Positions 37,256 to 50,100 of a DNA stretch of 64,000 bases are shown one piece after another (positions within the stretch are counted from its first letter, which is position 1; each line of letters begins with the position of its first letter). A model generated the notes under the pieces. It had not been told where the DNA came from, ran no database searches, and saw only the letters and a program-made list of their open reading frames with translations. A program made the position numbers and the translations under genes. The stretch is taken from assembly GCA_965112155.1 (NCBI GenBank), contig OZ218098.1; one strand, written 5' to 3'. This stretch comes from Podarcis liolepis. Taxonomy: Eukaryota.

Positions 37256-39335
37256 CATAAGGTGTATGTGCTAGCAGTGTGCATTGGCTTTGTGCATTGA
37301 CCATATGATGAGGTGACTTGAGGTGATCTGCAGGTCTTCGCTTCCTTCCTGAGTTGAAGCATGATGCCTGTCAATCCCCCAAGCCAGATCAGCCCAAAGC
37401 CTTGTGTTGTTCTATCACTCTGATGTTTCTGTACTTTTCTGTTCCTTATAACTCCCTGTTTTGCTAGGCCAATGGGCTAGCCAATTAGGCTGTCCAAAAT
37501 GTTGCTGTGGAGCACTGACAATTTCTGGCAGATTTGATCCACCCTGGAAGGACTCCTTTGTAACTTTCATTGAAAAGGAGTAAATGAAGTTTTTCATTTT
37601 TAAATTCCCCATTATAGTGAATGGGAAGAAAAAGAGGGCTTTGGATTTAACAGATCAGATTCTTACTTGATTAATGAATTAAATCAAAATAACACAGATC
37701 ATATCTGAAACAAATTGGACTGCTTTCAAACACTACAGATACAGGGAGACGGTGAATATTGTGATCACTGCAGATCGTATTGAGAATAGTTTCTCTCTAT
37801 TTTTTGTAGTAAAGGATGTGGTAATAACTAGATTTCATTAGTCGTTGGCTTCATACATTCTTTCCAGTTTTCTCATACCTCTGATTTTATTTCCTTTCTA
37901 TTTGTCTTGCATATGACTCCTTGATAATTCGATGAACCTAAGAGAATCAGAGAAGGGTGTACATACATAAACAAGCACCACAGAAGTTATGAGAAACAAT
38001 TATTTCCACAATTTAAGGTTCTCAGATATGTCTAACAATAAGGGAACAGCAGATAGTACCCAACCAAAATGCATTCATTTATTCATTCCTACAAAGCAGT
38101 ATGCCCTCAGTTTGTCTGATTTCCACTCTAGCAATATATATTAGGAATTAGCTAGTAGGAACAAAATAGAAGGTTTGTATGGAGATGCTTTAACCTGCTC
38201 CCATTGAAGACATCCTAATTTAAAGGAAGTGGAGATTTGTGGCTGCAGAAAGTGGAAGCAGAAGCTTGTCAGGCACCTTGCAAGTTCAAGGTGTTTGCTG
38301 CTGTGACTCCAGCTCTCTGAATTATCTCCTTTTAGCAGCTTCTTGATGCTACCAATTTAGGCCATGTCACACTCCCCATGTGCTTTTGGGAGGCCCTGCT
38401 AGACTCTAAATTATAGCAATGTATTTCAGAAAAGGAAGCTATTTTTGCCATTCCTGTAATTCTATAATGGGGAAAGAAGGAATCTGTTTCAGAAATTCAT
38501 AACATTTTGTGTGAGGGTTGGGGGTTGAGACAAAAGTCGGTTTCTTCAAAGAACATAGTATATCTCATCAGAAGTGAACATGACAATGAATGGCAGCATT
38601 AAAATAAAGGCACCCTTTGAATTGTTGTTCAAAGGCAGAAATGTTTCACACTGGACAGTGTTGAATGTAGACCAGGAAGGATGGTTTTGTTTAAAATTAT
38701 GGCTTTCTCTAGAAAATGCAAAAGATCCCAATTATTTCATTGGGGTTAGGCAGCTGGAATTTTGAATGATTTAGGTGGCATAGAATTGCAATATATGTAA
38801 TTAAAGAACCTTCACACTGGCAAACTTAATTGCTTTATATAATGGTATTGTGTAAGCAAAAAAGGAATTTATTGATCAGAATATTCAATGCAAGAGCAAT
38901 AAAAGGGAATGTACAAAGTCAATGCCAGCCTTAGACAACTTGCTACCTAAATTGGAGAGATACCTCTTTCTCCTATACACACACATACTGCCAAGGCCAA
39001 TCCTTTTAATAGTTGCACAATTCAGACATCACTTCCTGCTCTTAGTTATCGTCCTTCTATATAGTTACTCTAGGGGAGGGTCACATCACCCTATTGCATG
39101 AGGAGCCAGCCCTGTACATGGTGGTAGAGTGTCTTTAAGTTAGAAGAAAACTAGGAGCGGATACTGATTTTCACCTTTCAAGTGAATGTCAAAAACCTCT
39201 GCTTAGGTCAAATGCTTGTTCACATTACCACTTATTCTGAATCCAGTGCACTTCTTCTGCTGATTTTTGAAGACACATTGACATGACATCAGCCACAATC
39301 TGCATAGATCCTGTTATTTCAAATGTTTATTTTTG

Positions 39336-40128
39336 CGTGGCGAGTTTCTGCCCCCCCCCCAGTGGAAATAATGACACACGACACAATTATTAAGGTTAAT
39401 GAGCTAAATAAGGCCACAACTTTTATTGGTTACAGGTGATGAGTGGTATTGGCTTAGGCATTGGTCCTAACTGATTATATCCAACTTCAGCCCGTCTGCT
39501 AGAAGTCCGGGAAGGGTTAACCACCAGTAGGGGGAGTCCCGCTGATGCACATCAACTAGGAACTCCCCCGGGGTCATGGGTAGGGGGCGTGCCTTAGGCC
39601 CTCACCTCATTAGGCTTCAGACAGGGTCACACACCCCAGAATCCTTTATCAGACTACCCTTCAATATGCAGGGCAGGTGATGGCGTAGCCTCCCCTCTTC
39701 CATCTACAGGGCAATACCAATGCCTAACCGCCAAGAAAGTTGTGACAATTTGCTACGAGGTAGGCGAAAACCAAGTGGCTGGTGCCAATTTGCCAAGTGG
39801 AAAAATTCCTACCAGGCCCCTCAATGGTGACCAACCAAGGTCCATAGCAAGGTCAAAGAATGAAAACCTTATAGGGCGGGAGGGTGGGAAAAGCAGGAAC
39901 AGCTAGTAAGTGGCAAAGAGGGAGATCTCCAGCCATGTCCTGCTTTAAATAAAGCAGGCCACACCCCCAGAGCCAGCCGATTGGCTGGCCAGGAGGTGAC
40001 ATGGCCAGGAATCCCCCCAGTCGTACGGGGGCTGGGGCCATGAAACCCACAACTCCACCTCCTCTGAAGGGCGGAAGTGGCTTTCTCAAACTGGTTGGCT
40101 TCAAACTGACTAGAAAACTTAAACCACA
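39336..40128 (-). mobile_element. LTR-like or DIRS/Ngaro-like retroelement remnant
   Basis: GC-rich block with cgtgg...ccaca ends. Minus strand has CCAAT, TATA-like tttaaa and downstream AATAAA. No clean TSD. Confidence 0.5.
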
Positions 40129-41333
40129 TTCACTCTATACTTATGAATGGTGTGATTATTTGAGGCAGCTTTTGGGTGTGCACTAATGAGTACACACACG
40201 CAGATGACATGCGTAGGTGCTCTGGAGTGGTAGAGGGGTGGATAAAAGGGTTGTGCGCTTTTTGTGAAGACATCACATCTCCTCTCTGGTGTAAACAGTA
40301 TCATGTTAACTGTCTTGAAATGCAGCAGGAGGGAATGGCCTTCCTGCATTTTAAACTGCTAATTCAAAAATACCCTATATGGTGGTCATAGTGATGAATT
40401 TATAAAGAAAAGTGGGTGTTATGAAACAAAGGAAACAAGCAAACAGAAAGCAAAGGAAACAAGCAAACTGTCCTGAGGCATATAAACCTGTTACTCAGAT
40501 ACAGCCATTCATCATTACACTGCTGATGTTGTTGTAGCTTCAGTTCTGGGAAATTCTATCCTTTACTGCAGGGCTTGGAATGATTCTGAACTCACACGCC
40601 AAGATACCCAGAGCATTTCTGCCTTTCCTACACGATAGCTATTAGTGGTTGATATTGCTTTGATTAAAAGTTGCCTATTTCCCTCTCCAACATCAAATGC
40701 ATATGCTCGATGCCTCTTCTTCAGCTTACCTTCAGGAGAAGCAAACACAAAGCTCTGCCTTACAGAGTGTAACAATGGCCTTCCTCCTGCCCCACCTCAT
40801 CATTAACTTCATTTCAATCAGCAGCAATCAGTACCCTTTAACCCGCATAAACCAAGCATAGCAGGTTGTTATCAATTAAGTGACACATGCTGAGACATGC
40901 TGGCTAAGGTTTGATGATAATGTTACTTTCGCAAAGGACAAAGTGGAAGATACATTTCCCTTGTACTAAACTGAGCTAATTTTAATTTGTCTCAGTGAAT
41001 GCAGTCAACACAGAATTAAATATTCTTAAACCTCTTGATTTCAGTGGCAGGTCTAATTCTGATTTGTATCGAAAAGATAAGCATTTGAAAATATAATATT
41101 TGACCTGTTATCTGGAAAATATGCAATCTTCTTTCAGAATTAGGTACATTTTTATCCAGTTAATTAATTTTCATGTTATGGGTAACTTTCCCTCTGGGAG
41201 AAAAATCACTGATCTGAGCCCACACACAAAAAGAAAGTTGGCCCTTTCCTTGTCCCACTGGTTTTTCTTTCATATCTAGACTTCTGCAGAGACTACTCCC
41301 CCCCCCCCCACACACAAAACCAATCATGGGACT

Positions 41334-41499
41334 CAGGGGTGCCAGCTCAATAAAGTATTTGGGAAGCAGGTAAGCCCGCCCCACATAATTGATCACACAT
41401 AGCATTTGAATGACAATTGCCCATCAACTTGGGGGGCCTCCTCAAATATTTTATGGGGGGGGTGAAGGGACCTTTGCCCCCTAGGAGTTGACTTCTAAA
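41334..41499. mobile_element. hAT-type MITE (family shared with 63266)
   Basis: 8-bp TSD atgggact (41326-41333, 41500-41507). Reverse-complement homolog at 63266-63453. Confidence 0.8.
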
Positions 41500-41547
41500 A
41501 TGGGACTATATCACAGAGCTATATCAATATTCTACCTACCAAGCCAC

Positions 41548-42269
41548 TGTTATAAGAATTTTAATATATAAGAATTTTAAGGTCATATTATATATATAAT
41601 TAAATGTTCATAACTGTATATATAAACCACATGTCTGAAACCCCATAGATTAGGTCCTGAACAAATTGATCTCCAATATTTCTCTGCAAGGTCAAAGTGG
41701 GAAACCTCCCCCTTGTCTGTTTCCTCACAAATCCTGTCCTCACAAATTCTGTCTTAAGGGCACATTCAAGATATGAATAGGGTGTGAGCCTGTGACCTGG
41801 ATTCAGGAATTAAGTAGTTGTAATAACAAAAGATAATGCCAAAACCCAGATAATGCAATCAGGTAACTTACCAGACAGGAGATAAACAACGCACTCAGAT
41901 TTCTGTTGTAGACCACCTTTTCTGTGATGTAGGTATGATGTATCTGGGGGTGGTCTTGGGCTACACCTCTTCTGTGATGTATGTATGATGTTTCTGGGGG
42001 TGGTCTTGGACTCCAGGGTGGGCAATTTAAAATGGCTATATAAGGGCTTGCACACATGGCTCTGGGTCCTCCTCCTCTCTCCTGCATGTCGGGGAAGCAC
42101 CTTATTAACAGTTAATAAAGATCAGACTTACTAGCTGCTTTGCTTCTCAATATTCTCTGGTTGGTCTCTGTTATTTTCTTCTACCGACAAAGAACCTACA
42201 AAAGGACTCTATGTGAGCTCTTGGGTACCCAATAAGGGAAAAGGAGCAGGGTTTTTTTTATTTATATCA
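41548..42269 (+). mobile_element. ERV solo LTR (ERV1-like)
   Basis: Termini tgttataa...ttatatca. 4-bp TSD ccac. TATA tatataa at ~42037 and AATAAA at ~42114. Tandem ~50-bp U3 repeat at 41914-42009. Confidence 0.88.
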
Positions 42270-45080
42270 CCACACTGACAATACAGTGTTCCTGTGGTGC
42301 ACATACTTTAACAAGAAATTATTAAACCCATTTTACAGAAACCAATCTTACAGGGATGATCCTATAACCCACTAATCCCAAGGGATCTGAATTCCTCAGG
42401 TCAATTCATTGTAATTTCATCACAATGAAAGTACTTTTTTTAAAAAAGCTAACAGATTTTTAACTGTTGCCAAGAAGGTTTGAACAACAGGTTTAAGATC
42501 AACATTATGGGATGTCATTTTCTGTGTACCATTAGCAATGCCCCCTTCAAAAAGCAAAAAAGGAAAGTGAGAGCTTATTTTAAAAAACCAGGCATTTGTG
42601 GGAGTGATCCATGGCAGAGGGGTTGTTGTTTTTTCTTTGTGAAGGTCACATTATTTTTTAGATTACATATGGATTAGATTGAACTGGATTGCCACTAAGT
42701 GAGCCAAGAAATGGAATACAAAAAAATGTCAATTGCATGAGGAAGCTTTGAACAATGCAAAGTCATCTGATAAATATGAATGAGCCTATTTTCTTTACTT
42801 ATTTTTTATTTCCTCGCCAAGGCCATAACTGATGCCTTTGCTTCTGCTGGAAAAGATGACAGACTAATTGTGTCTGCCTAGCACTGGGTTGTAAGTTTAC
42901 ATTATGATGCATGTGTTCTGTCATTATTGTACTGTATGGGAGGATAATGGCTTTGACTGCACTATGCCACAGGCAAAGCTGCTTCTAAAAGTCACTTAGG
43001 AATCAACATAGCAGAAGATTAATCTGCATTTTTTTATTTACTGTGCATCTAACTCAAGCTGATTATTATTCACGGGAGGTGCTGCATCTTGCATATTTCC
43101 CAGCAGACTCTCATAGCACTGCTCCAGTCCAGGAGTATTTTGGTAATGGATCAGTGGAACAAGCCTCCCGCTTCAAGAATATAGCACATCAGTGCTTTCA
43201 GAAGGCATTAAAGTTAAGGGAAATTCACAAATACAGTCACAGCCAATGCCTGCTATTAACAGCTGTGATAGAGATTACTCCTCAGGCACTGTGGCAAAAC
43301 CTATCCAGAGTGAAGATTGGAGGCTTGTGCAAAATTAGTTCTGACATGGTGACCAGATCAATCTGCATGAAGCTAGGCTTCATTTGAAGTAGCACAGGCA
43401 CTAGATCCTGACTTGCCTTTAGTGAGGAATTGTACCGGGACCTTGGCCACTGGCCTTTTTTGTTTTCTCAATCGCTTTACAGTGATAGTGAACAGAATAG
43501 AACAGCTATGCCGCAGGACAGTAAAGTTCAAGCATAGGTGTGAATGCTCCTGGAGTCAGTGAGGCATGGGTATCATTAACATTAAAAGAAAGTGACTTTG
43601 TGGCACTGTGAAGCCTTTGAGGCAGAGAGAGGGATAGCTGTACTGGGGTTGCTAGCACTCTGAGCAGCCGTTCAGTCTGGTTTTCTAGTTTCAGATATTT
43701 ATGCATTTGGGCAATCAGTTGGGCAGAATGTCATCAAAAACAGCAATAGGTCTCTCCCCCACCCACCCTCCTTTCTCTATGGTTGCCTGCTACAGCAAAT
43801 ATTTATGAAGATATGGATGGTGGGCTTGAGGGGGGGAAAGCCCAATTCCAATTAAAACCCACAATCAAGCCTTTTGATTCCTTGCAAAGTGGAGTCCTCT
43901 GTTGCCCAAATGGTGTGCTTCCTGTGCATAAAGATGGACGGCATAAAGATGGGATCAGGATTGCACCTGCAGACTCTGTCTCATTATTGTAGCCAGCCTC
44001 CAGATATCCATGGCCCCACCTGCACAGGTTCGTATTTGTATATATGCCAATATGAATGTAGGCACTGTACACACAAATCTGTAGCCTCCATTTTCCAGAA
44101 AAGGTATTTGGTATCCGCAGCCTATGTGCATTGAATTCTACACATGCAGTTCCTGTGCAGATGTGCATGGAAATTTGGTGTCAGGCCATTAAGTACGATC
44201 CTACCCTCTGTATGTATATTTGTTCACATGTAGAATATCTGCACAGGGCATCATGCACTTCTTTAGTAATGCATGAAATGCTAAAACAACATAGAAATGA
44301 CATATGACTTGTTTGTGGTGACAGGCACCCCAGAAAGTCATTGGTATCATGGGGTGAAGCATATGTACTGCCTCTCATATGTTTTTCCCTAATATTGGAG
44401 TACTGTGGAAAGTATGAGTGCACAGGAATTATAATCACACTGCTTCATTAACATACATATTTACTGGACATTATTTAGTCCAAACATTCAAAATTCCAGC
44501 TCTCCAAACCTGTAAAGAAGATTTTGTATATTTATTATATCTACATTGCCTTTCCCTTTGATGAATCCAGTAAAGTACATTAAGTTCTTGAGAGATTCTC
44601 TCACTTGGGCATTGCTTGACCAGAGCTAGACTTCCTTAGCATATAGAACATGTAGAACATAGACCTGTTCAGAGCTGGCTTTCAGAATGAGCGCATTAGT
44701 GGTGCCGAAATGTTGCTTTTGTGCAATGTTTCTCTTAAATAGCAGTCTTCCAGGATACATTTTCTATGAATGTTTACCACAAGGTGCCACTGTTGGCTTT
44801 ACTACTAAGTGCCACATTTAGATAACGCATTGAGTCTCCTGCTTTTTGAATGAATGCCATGACCCTGCCACAGAACAATTGTGGGCAGCAGCATGGCAAT
44901 AAGTGCCTGAAAAACTACTGCTCTTGAATGAACTTGGCGAACTTGATCTCTTGGAAACCCAGCTCCAAATTTTTGCATTTAATGTTGGAGCAAACAGCCC
45001 TTTGGTAGGGCTAGTAGGAACCTTCTGTACTCCTTCGCCTTACATACACAAGGGGTGAAATTTATTTGTCTTACAGTTAA

Positions 45081-45190
45081 GATCAGTGGTAGAGCATTTG
45101 GTTTGTATGTAGAAAGTCACAGGTTTGATTCTCAGCATCTCCAGGTAGGAACCCTCTGCCTGAAACCCTAGAATGCCTCCGCTAGCCTGT
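45081..45190 (+). mobile_element. Squam2-like tRNA SINE fragment
   Basis: tcagtggtagagcatttg...ggtttgattctcagcatctccaggtagg...tgcctgaaaccct. Confidence 0.7.
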
Positions 45191-46291
45191 CTTACTATTT
45201 GTGTATTAATTACAACATTTATAGGCTGCTCTCCCTTGAATATTTCCTATCCCAGAACAGGGAAGAAAGTAATAAAAATAAACAGAAGGAAGCAATTACA
45301 AAAAAATACAAAATTATATAGAGGTCCAGTAAACAGCAAATTACCTTATGACAGCATTGTTAAACAAGCAAAACTACAGTGATATTTATCCAAATATCTA
45401 GGTAGAGGACAAGACAGTCAAAGAAAAAGAGCCCTGTTCTGTGCCAACAGACTCTCACTCAGCGGTTTCTGAGCAACTTAACACCTTTCTCTCCATACTC
45501 TTAAACCCTGAGCGGTATGAATTGTTGCCCACAAGCATCCATAACAAGAAAGTTGCCTCTTGTCCATAGAAGGCACAGAGCAAAAAACAAGCACAAAAGA
45601 AACGGAGGGTGCTGATAAGCCACAGCCAGAGTTTCTCTTCTCTTCCTACTTCTAAGAAAATGCAGGGCCTGAACATCAGTATGGCTGCTTGTGAGGCACA
45701 TTAACCCTCTGATTTGGTGGTGCAATTATTGGATGTCTGGTCACTCCATAATAAGACCATGCTCATCCACAACTTGATCATGGATCAAGTTTTACAGAAA
45801 CTTTGATTTTTGGGGGCAATTCTATTTCTTCTTAACAGAAACTCAGAAAGGCTTAGGGGGAGAGGAGGATGCATGTCCCTACCTCCTATCCTAATTTATC
45901 TTACCTGTTCAGAATAGTCCAGTGTAGCAATTGCTAACCATTATTTCTCAGTAAATTACATCACTTCAATGTCCCAGGCTCAGGTGCTTCTGCTGGATGG
46001 GGCTGATGGGAGATGGAGTCTTACAACATATGGGGGGCCATGGGTTCCCAGTTCTCCCTTGAAATAAAAGCTACAGTGACAGTACCATTCACTTGTACTT
46101 TGAGATGCCTCTGGGCAAATCACAATGGTGGGAACTTTTCAGTGTGATCAGTCACTCAAAGCAAAGCTTATGTATATTCTGTTATTCCAACAAAACTGAT
46201 AACAAATCCATAGCAATATCATAGTTGTTCTTTGGAAGCCGAGAATAGCCCACCTGTGAGCTAGCAATTGTAGATTATATATATATATATA

Positions 46292-46785
46292 TTTGCTTTC
46301 GTAGATTTTCACGGGTACAGGAATGCAGGTTTTGGTGTCTTCGGGTGTCTTCCCGTGTAAGAGTTGGGGTGTCTAGGCGACGTTTCGACGAGGTCTCACT
46401 CGTCATCTTCAGGCTGGTGCTTTCGGCTTCTTGTTACTGGAACAGAGCAGGATCTCAGTGTTTGAGTTCCTATAAATACTGTTGAGGGGGTGTGGTGTAT
46501 AGCCTCCAACGTTCTGGGCAGAGAGGAAGTTCCCAGGTTAGTGTGCCTTTTCTTCTTTTGTTCCTTAATTACTTGAGGGATATCTTGAGTGATTTCTTGA
46601 GTGATATTCTGAGTACCACTTAGGTGGGTCATTAAGTGTGGATTAGTTGCTAAAGCTTTCGTGTCTTGACCTCTTGAGCTTGTGAAGAGTTTTTCTGAGA
46701 AGATGGCTGTACTGCACTTAGTTGTGCTCTGGCTTGGCTTCGTGTATAGGGGCGAGCTGTGGTTTTGTGCCCTGTGCCAGCCAGA

Positions 46786-46787
<2 letters not shown>
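46292..46787 (-). mobile_element. Penelope-like element (PLE) 3'/pLTR fragment inserted in (TA)n
   Basis: Minus-strand cctgaagatgacgag...ctcgtcgaaacgtcg terminal motif typical of PLEs. Flanked on both sides by (TA)n. CpG-rich, so probably young. Confidence 0.8.
46374..46417 (-). ncRNA. minimal hammerhead ribozyme motif (PLE type I, probably dimeric)
   Basis: Minus strand reads CUGAAGA-U-GACGAG-ugagac-CUCGUC-GAAA-C-GUC. It has the conserved core, a 6-bp stem II, palindromic ACGU in place of stem III, and a GUC cleavage triplet. Confidence 0.72.

Positions 46788-46833
<46 letters not shown>
46788..46833. repeat. (TA)n microsatellite
   Basis: Direct reading. A shorter (TA)n lies at 46276-46292. 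Confidence 0.95.
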
Positions 46834-46836
<3 letters not shown>

Positions 46837-47163
46837 GTGTCCCGCAAGACGAATGCCTCGCAAGACGGAAAACTCGCTAGACGAAAGAGTTTTCTGTTTT
46901 GGAGGTGCTTCGCAAAACAAATTTCCTATGGGCTTGCTTCGCAAGACGAAAATGTCTTGCAAGTTCCTGCTTTTTTCCCCTCCCCCCCCTTTTTCTAAGC
47001 CACTAAGCCGCTTGTCAGCTGATCCGATCAGCAGATAAGCCGCTAAAAGCCGCTAATAGCGCTAATCCGCTAATCCGTCAATGGGCTTGCTTCGCAAGAC
47101 GAAAAAACCGCTAGACGAAGAGAATCACAGAACGGATTCTTTTCGTCTTGCGAGGCACCACTG
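46832..47163. mobile_element. Tc1/mariner-type MITE, family C
   Basis: TIR (t)agtggtgtcccgcaagacgaa / ttcgtcttgcgaggcaccactg-TA. Multiple internal gcaagacgaa subrepeats. Confidence 0.85.
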
Positions 47164-50100
47164 TATAAGCATGTAAATTTAATAGGTTTTGCAAAGTAAC
47201 AAGGTGCCAAAGTGCTTTGTAGCAGCTTCATGCAAGACCTGCTAGGCAACATTGTCTTAACTTTGTTTCTTTTACTTTGCAGTTTTATTGTAGCAAGGAA
47301 GAAATTCTCTCTCTCTCTCTTTCTCACTCTCTGGTCTAAACGGGAAAGCTAAAGATAAACAAGGTTGAGGAATGGCTCAATTGTCCTGTAATGAAACAAA
47401 TGCTCTCTGCGGACGCTTTCATTTTAAAGCTATTACCCCTAGAATCCTCCTTATTCTCTGAACTGGCTTTTTGTGATGATTAAAGTCTTGACTGATGATT
47501 ATTCCCTGTGTTGCTTTCATAGAATTTATGTCTTTCTCGCCACCATTATATACGTTCCTTGGTCCTCTCTTCAAAACCCCTCCTGTCACCAAAAGGGGTG
47601 GGCTGGACCAGAATGTTATTGGCATTTGAATCATCATAGCTGCTTTACTAGTCGAAATGTCTAGAGACTCAATTTAAAACAGAAGCAAGTAGCAGAAACC
47701 CAGGATTGCAAGGTTTTAGATTATCATTCCTGGGCCAGGTTTAATAGTCCCATTTGTGAAAGTCATTTTCCATGTTTTACATTATTGTTCAAGTGACTGG
47801 GAGCTTAGAACAAATTTACAATGGTGGTTATATTTCTGTTTTATAGGAGCACAAGAAAGTAAAGATTTTTCACTAGGCAATTGGCTCCCCCCCCCCCCCA
47901 AGGATAAAAAATGAACTGCATATCAAACACCTTGCAATTATTTTTTTTAACATTTTCTGATTTGGGGGAAATGAATCTCCTCCAGCAGGTATAGACAGTT
48001 CCTGACCTACAGACCCAGAATGCAATGCACTTTTATATCTGGCTCACCAGTGGTCTTGCAAATTTTCACAAGGTGTAGTAAAAAAATAAAAAATAAAATA
48101 GAAATAACTCCATTTCCCTCTGTATACATTTCATATAAATTTTCACTGTATTGCTCTATCATGTGCACTCAGAAAAACCAAGCTCTGCCAATCTGCCAGA
48201 GCAAACACCTGCAAAATCAAAAATACAAAAGTTGGCCAGCCTTGCATTGAGGCTTGTATTCAATGGTGCCCTTCTGATTCAGCTCAAAATTGAAACCTAG
48301 CTAAGGAGTCATACATTAAGATCAACAAGGGAGGGCAGTACTCAAGGATGCTAGTTGGCAGCATCAAATAAAGATGGCAGTCACAAGGTCAAGATTCTGG
48401 TTTCACCCAGAACCTGCTAGAACTTTTGCTGTACAACCCTTTATGTGTCTGTTCATATATATGTCCTCTCAAGCTCAATAGGACTCACTTCAATGGGACT
48501 CCAACCTTTTAAGACTATTTGCATATTAGTGCTTTCAGGCAATGGAAGCAGCAGCATTTTTTTTCTTGGATGATAGCTAACACTGAATTTGTTCTTGAGT
48601 ACCGGTTGTGGTATTGTTCTCCAGATATGTCTAAAGCTGACACCAGATTTGTCTAACATTTCAAGGCAAAACAAATTTGAGGGAGATAAAATGCTTCAAA
48701 AAGAGTAGCGAGATATCTTCGGGGTGTACCATGCATCCCTAGATTGCAATTGGTTTTGCCAAAAGGTAACATTTACCAGCAGATTTGAAGGTATCTGTCC
48801 CAAGCATAATACTACTAGCATGCAGACTTTTTGTGGAAAGGAAGAGAGCATGCTTTCACATCCTTCCTAAGGCTGTAAATAGTGAGACATTCTTTCTCCT
48901 AACTTGTGTATCATTTTGATCCCAGCTGCAAAACATCTTTCTCACTAGAGGATGCTTGCAGGTCAGCGTGCTCCCTTTGATGCAGGAGCAGCAGAATCTT
49001 GAGTGGCCCTGTGGTTTGCTTTTTTGTCAAGTTGTTAAATGTGTAACACATTTCACAAGACCCAATTGACTGAAATCAGAGAGGGGAAAGTCTTAGAGAA
49101 CCGCCATGCTTGACCTCAAAACTGATTGCTTCTGTGACTCAGATGGCTTGACTAAAGCACCAGCTCAGCATCTTGCCCTGGCATGAAAGGCTTGCAAATG
49201 CTTTGGATTGACCCTGTGATGTGTTTTCCTCCTGATCCAGTATCTGTGGTTAATATTTTGATAGTTAAAGTGGCAGGGTTCAAGGACAGCGGAGCTGCAG
49301 TGAGTGCAAGCTATGAATTTCAATCCAGTGTGTTTACCCTGTGCCCTTGGACAGATTAGTTTTCTGCTATTGTTTGACAAACACTGAGTACAGAGACACT
49401 AAAAAAAAGAAAAAAAGAAATAATTGGCATGATCTCTCTCTTTCTCTCTCTGTCTCTTACTTTCTCTTTCTCTCTCTCAAACAACCAATGTTAACATTCT
49501 TATTTATTTTATTTAAATGATTTCATGGCTAGCATTTTCTCTTGTCACAGCTCTTTCAAGCCTCTCTGAAAGCTTTCCTGGCAGAGATGCTGTTGCCGTT
49601 TCGACATGCCGTATTACTGGAAAGAATAAAACAAGCTGCAGCATATGTAGGGAAAGTGAATGACACAGAACCCAGAATGGCAAACTGCCTGTCCATTCAC
49701 AGGCGGGGAGGAAATGAGTCTGCATTTGGATGTACTCTATAATCCATCTCCCCAGCACATACAACTTGTTGTTTTGTAATGAAATAAAAATATATACATG
49801 TTGCTCTTGACCAAACAACAGAAACTGCTGCAGAACTAAGGCCTGCAGAAAATGTGGCCCTTATCTTACCTGCATTTTAAGATCTGGATTTTGCTTTAAT
49901 ACTTCAGTACAAAGCAGAACACATTTATGTTCAAACTCAGCAGCCATTCTTTATGGCAATGGTTGATTCTGGGATAAATAATCTCAGATAGCAGCAGTCT
50001 TCATCATGTGTGTGTGTTTTGTTGGAAGTGAAATAGCGCCACACAGACAAGCCACATTTGGGTGTTTGAAACATGAAACCAATTCATCTGCTGTGATGAA

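Noticed and set aside
46396-46962. Longest ORF (188 aa, minus strand)
   Set aside because: It reads across a MITE, the (TA)n tract (YIYIYI) and the PLE tail, so it is an artefactual fusion.
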